From NCBI GenBank assembly GCA_020632375.1, contig JACKFR010000003.1, forward strand, positions 1,546-65,545: a stretch of DNA of 64,000 nt. Direction: 5' to 3'. Under the pieces are notes generated by a model. It searched no databases. It saw only the letters and a list, made by a program, of their open reading frames with translations, and had not been told where the DNA came from. Positions 36,355 to 43,411 of this stretch are shown in pieces (positions within the stretch are counted from its first letter, which is position 1; every line of letters starts with the position of its first letter). The DNA is from Candidatus Nomurabacteria bacterium. GTDB lineage: Bacteria > Patescibacteriota > Dojkabacteria > SC72 > JAHDCA01. The position numbers and the translations under genes were made by a program.

Positions 36355-38388
36355 TTATATTGATGAAGCCATTCCTTTCTTCTCTCGATACTCGTTTTTC
36401 CGAACTAATCGTATGCCGATAAAAATTGCAATAATCCCTGCGCCAGTACCAATGAATAGACTCGATGAGTCCGCAGTTTTTGGTGTCGTAGAACCTGAAG
36501 GCAAGTATGTGTCTCCTACTGTGGGGCCACCTCCGCCGACTCCAACAGTCGCAATCTGTGAGCTAGAGATATTATAGTCGCTAAGCAAATTGACTCTTTG
36601 GTAATCACTTACATCTTCAGGAGGGGTGATTTCAATAGCAAGACTAAGGTTATCGAAATCAGTTGTTTTTTTAGTATCTGTAGTCGAATCTGCATAGGTG
36701 ACTGTTGACGCAGTCACTTCATCGTTATCACTGTATGAATAATATTCAGAACCGTCTCCTGGTCTTAGATCGCCGACACTTGCAATCCAAGCACCACTGG
36801 CATCAGGTACGACAGCGGCGTAACCAGATTTACCTTGCGAGCCGGAATTATCTTTATCTGCAAGCTGCAACATGACAACAGCATCTGTGTAATCGTCCAA
36901 TCCAGTTATATTCCCTGCAACCGTGACAAAAGGAGGAGGAGAATCAAGAGTCGCAAATGTCGTAAGAGTAAAAGGAGATCCAGAATTTTTGTAAATTTCA
37001 GACCCAGAGTAGACTTCATAGAAGTATGTCGTTTCTGGTGTCAGGTCATCAACTTCAATAATGTGACTATAGTACTTCCCTTTCTCAACAAGGCTATCGC
37101 GAATATCAATAGCTTCATCGTTTAAAGTTGTTTGGACTGTCCCGTATTTAACATATCCTTCAACAGGTGAATCAGAGAGCCAGACAACCGAAAACCCCGT
37201 ATCAGTATGGTTTGCAAGAGTCAATGAATCGGCTCCAGTAGTGACATCGGGTGTTGTTTTAGTTGTCTGAGCGCCTAAAACAAGGTTTTTCCAATTTATA
37301 TCCAACGTAATAAGGAATTCTCTTGATGCTGGATCGAATGTTGGAACCGCAGGCTCAGGAGTCTGGCTTGTCGTTCCGCTGGTCGTAGAACCGGTTGTGC
37401 CTGTGGTGGTACCTGATGTCCCACTAGTAGTACCAGATCCCGTTGTTGTACTGCCTGAAGTACCAGAACCAGTTGTCCCACTTGTCGTCCCAGATCCGGT
37501 CGTTCCGCTTCCAGTTGACCCGCTTCCGGAGGTACTGCCGGTTGTACCCATTGTCCCGCTTGTTCCTGATGTCCCGCCTGTTGTAGTACCAGGTGAACTG
37601 GCAATTACTTCAGTAATCTTCGATTGAGATGGAAGCTCAACAAAAGCCTGAATTCCTGTATCCACAGTTAAGTCAACCGACTCTTTTAACTCTCCGCTAT
37701 CATCAAAGACATCAGAGTAAGTGCCTGTTTCTACGGCTCCTTTATCATCGGCGCCTTGCACAATCACGGTAACTTCAGTATCCGATGAAACAGAGACAGA
37801 GCTGCTTCCATCGGTTGATTTAAGAGATGAAAGATCTACAATCCAGTTTCCTGTAGCACTAGGTACCGCGGAGACTGGGAGTGATTCTTCGGGTGAACTC
37901 ACAAAAACAAATATAATTGCATCATCTGCACTTAAGCCTTTTGCCTTGCCGTAAACAGGTTTGGGAACCGGAGTTTCGTCTGTAAGCGGTGCAGTATGAA
38001 ACTTAAAGTTTTTATTGCCTTCTGAAGTAAATTCTTCACCATCAGAAACGATCTTAAAAGTGTAGTCAGTATCGGGCTCAAGAGAGACCAACTCGACAAA
38101 ATGAGTTTTACGAGTATCTGCTCCTCTAGTGTCTATAACTGGGCTGCTGTCTTTTTTATCTTTGACCACGATTATACTGCCGTTTGTTTTTTTCCCAGTA
38201 ACCCAGGTTACGGTAAGAGAGTTTGTTGTAAGGTTGCTGATTGCGACTTCTTGCGGTGTTTTATCTTGCCCAGCACTGCTAAGCCACTGGGTTGCAAAAT
38301 ATATTGCAACGACAGTCACGGGGATCGCTATTACCAAAAGTATTGAGGTAACTAAGTACCTTCTTTTTTGTCTTGGGGTTATATACAT
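36355..38388 (-). CDS. surface protein with two FN3/PAP-N-like modules, S/T/G linker, N- and C-terminal TM anchors
   Basis: LTTNSLTVTWVTGKKTNG...THFVELVSLEPDTDYTFKI and TDTGFSVVWLSDSPVEGYVKYG...YYSHIIEVDDLTPETTYFYEV. The C-terminal LPSGSTTPKTADSSSLFIGTGAGIIAIFIGIRLVRKNEYREKK is a hydrophobic stretch plus basic tail. Confidence 0.65.
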   Translation of the reverse strand: MYITPRQKRRYLVTSILLVIAIPVTVVAIYFATQWLSSAGQDKTPQEVAISNLTTNSLTVTWVTGKKTNGSIIVVKDKKDSSPVIDTRGADTRKTHFVELVSLEPDTDYTFKIVSDGEEFTSEGNKNFKFHTAPLTDETPVPKPVYGKAKGLSADDAIIFVFVSSPEESLPVSAVPSATGNWIVDLSSLKSTDGSSSVSVSSDTEVTVIVQGADDKGAVETGTYSDVFDDSGELKESVDLTVDTGIQAFVELPSQSKITEVIASSPGTTTGGTSGTSGTMGTTGSTSGSGSTGSGTTGSGTTSGTTGSGTSGSTTTGSGTTSGTSGTTTGTTGSTTSGTTSQTPEPAVPTFDPASREFLITLDINWKNLVLGAQTTKTTPDVTTGADSLTLANHTDTGFSVVWLSDSPVEGYVKYGTVQTTLNDEAIDIRDSLVEKGKYYSHIIEVDDLTPETTYFYEVYSGSEIYKNSGSPFTLTTFATLDSPPPFVTVAGNITGLDDYTDAVVMLQLADKDNSGSQGKSGYAAVVPDASGAWIASVGDLRPGDGSEYYSYSDNDEVTASTVTYADSTTDTKKTTDFDNLSLAIEITPPEDVSDYQRVNLLSDYNISSSQIATVGVGGGGPTVGDTYLPSGSTTPKTADSSSLFIGTGAGIIAIFIGIRLVRKNEYREKKGMASSI
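37296..37627. repeat. low-complexity Gly/Ser/Thr-coding tract (imperfect short repeats)
   Basis: Encodes GTTTGGTSGTSGTMGTTGSTSGSGSTGSGTTGSGTTSGTTGSGTSGSTTTGSGTTSGTSGTTTGTTGSTTSGTTS. It generates spurious ORFs in other frames. Confidence 0.8.
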
Positions 38389-38484
38389 CCTTCGATTAGT
38401 GAATCATCTGTCAATTATACGGCTTTTCTATAATACAACAGGTTGATGGATGTGTATACTTGGGGGGAAAGCTAAACAGAATCA

Positions 38485-38509
38485 GACCCCGCTCTTTACG
38501 AGCAGGGTC
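38485..38509 (-). terminator. candidate stem-loop terminator downstream of the 211-aa ORF
   Basis: GACCCTGCTC-GTAAA-GAGCGGGGTC on the minus strand, followed by TGATTCTGTTT. The U-tract is weak. Confidence 0.35.
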
Positions 38510-38572
38510 CGAAAGACAAAATACACTTTCTTTCCCATAGACTACTATATTTGAAGACCAAGTACCTCTAAA

Positions 38573-39208
38573 CTAGTCTAGATCCTCAGATAAATATGAT
38601 CCCAAAGGAGAATACGTTCTACGCATGACGAACCCATAACCCTCCTCTATCACAAAACGATGTCTCGCTAATTGTTCAAGAGTACCCTCATCAGCATTCG
38701 AGATAACAAGTCTCTGAACTACAGATTGACCTGTACTTTCTGCAAGAGCATGAAGAACTTCACCCATAACACGCAAGGTTAAATCTCCTCTAAGAGATAA
38801 ACAGTCACCTTCTTCTGATGTAAAATCATCAATAGTATATGGAGTCTGGCCGGAATCCTCGCCATATTTTAAGACAAACCCTGCGGGTCCTGCAAGTAAT
38901 ACCCTCTTACTAGGATCACTCTGTTCCCAAGTAAACGAGACCGTAAAGGGTGAAAGAAACTGCTGTCTAACTGGCCATACATTAATTTTATCACCATATT
39001 CACGGACAGCGACGTCGATATCTGCAAAATTTTTAGGAGCCTCCTCAAACGGCTTACCCATGTTTGGTCTAAATTGCTGACAAGATGTTCCATTTCTTTT
39101 CGCAGACTCAATTGCATGTAGAAGAGAACCCCAACCACGCTGCTTTGCTTCGAGTACACGAACCTGATTCGGAGTGGCTGTGTCAAGACTACTGATTTGT
39201 AATTTCAT
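38573..39208 (-). CDS. hypothetical cytoplasmic protein (ORFan)
   Basis: 211-aa ORF with no TM or signal and no recognised motif. Flanked by non-coding spacers on both sides. Confidence 0.5.
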   Translation of the reverse strand: MKLQISSLDTATPNQVRVLEAKQRGWGSLLHAIESAKRNGTSCQQFRPNMGKPFEEAPKNFADIDVAVREYGDKINVWPVRQQFLSPFTVSFTWEQSDPSKRVLLAGPAGFVLKYGEDSGQTPYTIDDFTSEEGDCLSLRGDLTLRVMGEVLHALAESTGQSVVQRLVISNADEGTLEQLARHRFVIEEGYGFVMRRTYSPLGSYLSEDLD

Positions 39209-39331
39209 ATCGATACTATTAAAATTAATGTACGATTACACTACTATAGGATGTCCCCATCAATCCTCTTGCCATTTAGGCTCACAGAATAGATAATGTA
39301 CCGAGTAGCTGAATTTCATTAAATATTTCAA

Positions 39332-39928
39332 GTGCGCAAAAAGAAGCATAAAGAAACAATTCAAGAAGTCGAGATACGTCTCCCGAGTCTGTTGAGTGCA
39401 TACCTTACCCCTGTTGCGATAATTATAACCACGATTATTGTTTGTTTCGCGATCTTGCTCGCAACACGAGGAAGTAGCCTACTAATCGCCAGCGCTGATT
39501 CAAATGATTCAGTTGCAGGTGCACTAAGTTATGCCGGCAGAGGTAAAGCTCTCGGAGATTTCGAAACATTTACAGAGTATGACAACGAGCTATGTACCGA
39601 AGATGGCAAGCCGGTAGTATTTATGTTTTCGGCGACATGGTGTCCCCACTGTCAATGGGTAGGAGATACTTTTAATTCATGGGCAAAAGAGCAGAAAGAT
39701 GTAGTCGTTTACAGATACGAAGTAGACACAAATGAAAACGTTCTGACTGGTGAAAAAGGAATTCCTGAAGAGCATAAGAAAATTTACGACGAATTCAATC
39801 CCAATCAGACTATTCCGACTTTTGTATTTGGATGCAAATACGCCAGAGTTGGTAATGGATATGAGAATGAAAACGATCTGCAAAAAGAGGTAGACACCTT
39901 TAATGACGTTGTAAGCAAGATTCTATAG
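39332..39928 (+). CDS. membrane-anchored thioredoxin-fold thiol:disulfide oxidoreductase (CPHC active site)
   Basis: N-terminal TM LTPVAIIITTIIVCFAILLA. FMFSATWCPHCQW is a Trx-type WCxxC motif, and TIPTFVF is the cis-Pro loop. Confidence 0.75.
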   Translation: MRKKKHKETIQEVEIRLPSLLSAYLTPVAIIITTIIVCFAILLATRGSSLLIASADSNDSVAGALSYAGRGKALGDFETFTEYDNELCTEDGKPVVFMFSATWCPHCQWVGDTFNSWAKEQKDVVVYRYEVDTNENVLTGEKGIPEEHKKIYDEFNPNQTIPTFVFGCKYARVGNGYENENDLQKEVDTFNDVVSKIL

Positions 39929-39950
39929 TCAGCTTCAAAAGGAGACGTAG

Positions 39951-40268
39951 CTACTCTTCGTCTATACTGTTACTGTTTGTAAACCGGTCAACTATGCTTC
40001 CAAGCCGAAGTATTGGCTTTCGGACTATATTATTCACGTGATCTACAGTTGTAGCTACACCCTTGATCGTATTTTTTACATCTGCAACTGCCCCGGCGAT
40101 TTCATCAAGCAGAGAGTTTGCTGTTGCTACTGTTTTACGAGTCTCAGCTACTGTAGCTGTAGCTTCTTTTAAAAGCATTGCGAAGTAATAGAGAATCAAA
40201 CATAGCATCAGTGTCAATGCACTGACAATCACCATCCAGAATTCAGCCGGTATTGAGTTTGTGTCCAT
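39951..40268 (-). CDS. small N-anchored coiled-coil protein (DUF948-like, tentative)
   Basis: TM WMVIVSALTLMLCLILYYFAML followed by an Ala/Thr/Val-rich helical segment. Family call is from memory only. Confidence 0.4.
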   Translation of the reverse strand: MDTNSIPAEFWMVIVSALTLMLCLILYYFAMLLKEATATVAETRKTVATANSLLDEIAGAVADVKNTIKGVATTVDHVNNIVRKPILRLGSIVDRFTNSNSIDEE

Positions 40269-40311
40269 TCTAACCTTTTACTTTAAATTACTCATTTGTA
40301 ATGGAACCTGA

Positions 40312-43300
40312 TTATAAACCAGGCTCCCACTTACCTTGTCCCGAAATAACTCTAACAAAGTAAGCCGTTTTCTGAGTATTATCAAGCGGAAAATCAAACC
40401 CATAAACATCACTCGTGCCATCGTCATTAATTGTTTTTTGGAGACCTTCATATCGAGCCTTCTCAGTTGGCCACCGTGTTACATTATCTGCAGTTAAATC
40501 TATTTCTGTATATGAATTAATCGCATCGATGAAGCTTTCCGCAGTATACTCCTTCGCATTTGAACCATAGATGCCTACAAGATTCCATCCGGAATTAAAG
40601 TATATTGGAGCAAAATCGCCAACAGAGTCAAACTTGATCTCTTGCCCTCTGATTTCCACAGTCGTATTGGCGGATGCCTTGACTATATACCCAGTACCCG
40701 GAACGATCTGAAAATCGTTTGCATCATAATTATCTCCGTTAGAGCCAACGATCTGCCATCGCGAGTCATACTTTGCTATTGAGAGTACGTTGCCATCTGA
40801 TTGTGAATTTAATTCTAAAAGAAACTGTGATGCAGTATTAAACTTAGGCATAACTAGCGGAACGGCGATGAAATTATATCCTTTCTTTAGATCGTATTTT
40901 AATAATGACTCTGACCGAACAAGATTTAGCTCAGTTGGATCTTGAGTTAGAATAATATCCCCCTCATCATATACAAGACTGCCATTTACATCAATAAAGA
41001 GCTTCACAGGGGTGGATATATCATCTACTATTGCTTCGTATTCTTTACCTTTGAATGTCACCGTATAAACTCCTTCGTTTGGGATATAGTAAACACCTGC
41101 CGATGGGTCAAAAATCACCGTATTGCTCTTGAGTGGTGTCGCTTCATCAGCAGATACTTCTGTGATTAAATTCACTGTAGATTCCCCCATCACATCACTT
41201 CCGTCCCGAACACATCGGTAAGTTTGATATACATAACTTAAGGCTCCATTTTCATCGCACCCATATGAACCCGGGGTATCACACGCAGTTCCAATTTCAG
41301 CATTGGATAAAGAATTCGGGTCACATCCAGCCTCTCCGACAAAACAGGTCATCTCTCCAGTAGCATTACAGCTACCAAAATCGCCACATGCAGTTTCACA
41401 ATCTCCTGAAGTCTTATACGTTAACTCAAAAATTCTTAGATCATTTTTAGGAACACACACGTAATAATAAAATGCCGTTTGAAAGGTATTTTGATTAGAG
41501 TAACTTAAAAGGTTACAAGAACCACATGCAGGATCGCTACTTGTCCTTCCACCACATGTAGAATCATTTCCATACCCTTTCTGGCTCCACAAAGCGCCAT
41601 CAGGTAGTAACTCTTCATCAGAAAAACCCTCACTGTCAGAGCTTGTATCAACAGGTAATAAAGCAGGGCTAAGAGCAATAGCCCTGGTTCCGTCAATTTC
41701 AGGTTGAAGCGGATTGTCTTCTATTGCCGACTCGATTACCTGAGATTCCGGAGAAGGATAATTAGTACATGACCCCGTAGTACTACAGTACTGAGTAGAT
41801 GGGTTGCAAACATTAGTGCAAAGATTCCCGCAGGCATCGAAGCCACATTCTAGTAATCCGCCATCATCTTTACATCTCATTGAATCAGGTACGGTATTAC
41901 AGTTCCCGATTGCAATAGCTCCCGTGTCATCAACAGGTGTACCTATACTGCCACACATTTTAGGACTGGTGGAAGGAGGTATATCTGGGTCGGCAGTACA
42001 ATCACACCCCCATCCCCCATCGTTAGGATTTGGGCCGGTTATACATTTACCTAATCCACAATCTTTTCCTGTGCAGTCATTCTCAATCCCAGTATTTTCT
42101 TGTGAAGCAGAAACTGACATATCTGATCCAGGCGCAGGTTCACTTGGTAAGAAAGAGCTCTTTTCGTCTACACCACCGCAAGTGTCCACCTTACAAGGAT
42201 TTGTGCTTGTAATATTACAGTAATTTGTAATACAAAAGCCTGGCTGTAGCTGACCATTAACCATTTGATTTGTACAACTCCAGTAACTGCAGTCAGGGAG
42301 GTTATCCGCAGCATAAGCCTCAGATACTAAATTATTTCCACGAAGTGATGACCATAGAGTGTAAACAGAGGTGCTGATATCTTCAGAAAGCACTAAATCC
42401 CTCATTGGTGCATCTTGGGATGTTGAGTTCTCGAAAACTCCAACTGCACCACCGGCACCGGCTTCCACATACACATCTTGTACCATACCGTCGTGAACTC
42501 TATCTAAAGCAACTCCGTCTATATTGTAGATATTGGACTGATCAAGATACCAAGTCCCATTACTTGAGGTAACAGCGGAGTAAAACTGAGAGATTAAGCC
42601 ATCCCCGTAATCAAGCTGAATGTAAACAACCGCATCACCGGAGCCTTTACTATGGTCATTACTATCAAAGATCCTACCGTATGTAGGATTTGGAACGTCA
42701 ATAGAGTCCGGTTCTTCGAACGTTGTAAAACTATCAGAACCAAATTGAGCAGATTTTATTTTTTTAAAGAAAAATCCATCTCCAACCATAAAGTAGTAGC
42801 TCTTTTTAGACTCCAAACCGAGAAGAGTCACATGATGTACATAATATTTTTCCTTCCCAATAACTTTTACCTCGGTATTTATATCTGTAAAAGAAATCTC
42901 CCCTTGGTCATTCTCATAAACCTTTCTCCTATTCTCCTCTGCGAGAGAAAGTTCTGCAGTCTTTACATCACGATCATCATAAGCAATATTTGAACCTGTG
43001 GTTGAGATCATAACCGGTAAGGAAAACTTTTTTTCTCTGTATATAGCAACACCAGGAGATTTATCTTTAGTAACCCATGAAACTGTTGCAGAGTTACTTG
43101 TAATATTTGTTATCATAAGCTTCTCGGGTTTTACGGTAAACCAGCTGTATGTAAATGCCACAAGAACGCCCAATACTAAAAAAAATAATGCCAAAAGGAG
43201 GAACTTTTTAAGGTTTATACTTCCGAGATTTAGCTTAAACCTTTTAGGAGAAGTAGATTTAACAGAGGGTGACTCTGACCGTGAAGACGATGAGTCTTGG

Positions 43301-43332
43301 GATTTTTTTTTAACAATCTGTGAACCATCCAT
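40312..43332 (-). CDS. giant modular surface protein A: TM - FN3/PAP-N-like module - Cys-rich array - Ca-loop - conserved C-terminal module
   Basis: TM FLLLALFFLVLGVLVAF; ITSNSATVSWVTKDK...DDRDV...YYVHHVTLLGLESKKSYYFMVG; Cys-rich from about aa 347; IDVNGSLVYDEGD. The C-terminus GYNFIAVPL...GWNLVGIYGSNAKEYTAESFIDAIN...DVYGFDFP...KWEPGL is shared with B and C. Confidence 0.7.
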   Translation of the reverse strand: MDGSQIVKKKSQDSSSSRSESPSVKSTSPKRFKLNLGSINLKKFLLLALFFLVLGVLVAFTYSWFTVKPEKLMITNITSNSATVSWVTKDKSPGVAIYREKKFSLPVMISTTGSNIAYDDRDVKTAELSLAEENRRKVYENDQGEISFTDINTEVKVIGKEKYYVHHVTLLGLESKKSYYFMVGDGFFFKKIKSAQFGSDSFTTFEEPDSIDVPNPTYGRIFDSNDHSKGSGDAVVYIQLDYGDGLISQFYSAVTSSNGTWYLDQSNIYNIDGVALDRVHDGMVQDVYVEAGAGGAVGVFENSTSQDAPMRDLVLSEDISTSVYTLWSSLRGNNLVSEAYAADNLPDCSYWSCTNQMVNGQLQPGFCITNYCNITSTNPCKVDTCGGVDEKSSFLPSEPAPGSDMSVSASQENTGIENDCTGKDCGLGKCITGPNPNDGGWGCDCTADPDIPPSTSPKMCGSIGTPVDDTGAIAIGNCNTVPDSMRCKDDGGLLECGFDACGNLCTNVCNPSTQYCSTTGSCTNYPSPESQVIESAIEDNPLQPEIDGTRAIALSPALLPVDTSSDSEGFSDEELLPDGALWSQKGYGNDSTCGGRTSSDPACGSCNLLSYSNQNTFQTAFYYYVCVPKNDLRIFELTYKTSGDCETACGDFGSCNATGEMTCFVGEAGCDPNSLSNAEIGTACDTPGSYGCDENGALSYVYQTYRCVRDGSDVMGESTVNLITEVSADEATPLKSNTVIFDPSAGVYYIPNEGVYTVTFKGKEYEAIVDDISTPVKLFIDVNGSLVYDEGDIILTQDPTELNLVRSESLLKYDLKKGYNFIAVPLVMPKFNTASQFLLELNSQSDGNVLSIAKYDSRWQIVGSNGDNYDANDFQIVPGTGYIVKASANTTVEIRGQEIKFDSVGDFAPIYFNSGWNLVGIYGSNAKEYTAESFIDAINSYTEIDLTADNVTRWPTEKARYEGLQKTINDDGTSDVYGFDFPLDNTQKTAYFVRVISGQGKWEPGL

Positions 43333-43371
43333 TTAAGATTAAAACAAATTTATTTCTATAGCCTATATATC

Positions 43372-43401
43372 AATATAGTCAAATTCCCTAAATATTGTCA
43401 A
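43372..43401 (-). promoter_or_regulatory. candidate sigma70-like promoter for protein A gene
   Basis: The minus strand reads TTGACA-18nt-TATATT. The block AATTTGACAATATT is repeated as AATTTGACTATATT. Motif match only. Confidence 0.3.
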
Positions 43402-43411
43402 ATTCTTTCTC

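Noticed and set aside
37296-37627. ORFs 37296..37604 (-) and 37397..37627 (+) with Pro/Val/Gln-rich products
   Set aside because: They are alternative-frame readings of the G/S/T low-complexity tract of the FN3 gene. This is a repeat-driven artefact.
41804-42223. 139-aa antisense ORF inside giant protein A, with similar ones at 44627..44947, 45406..45699 and 61308..61832
   Set aside because: They are embedded in long, well-supported ORFs whose paralogs conserve the other frame. The G+C-richer Cys/Gly-coding DNA simply has fewer stops.
43303-43311. A9 homopolymer at codons 8-10 of giant protein A, as a possible phase-variation switch
   Set aside because: Comparable runs occur in essential Lys-rich genes here, for example T8 at 11154..11161 in rplO. 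The tract therefore reflects AAA-codon usage. There is no evidence of length heterogeneity from a single sequence.
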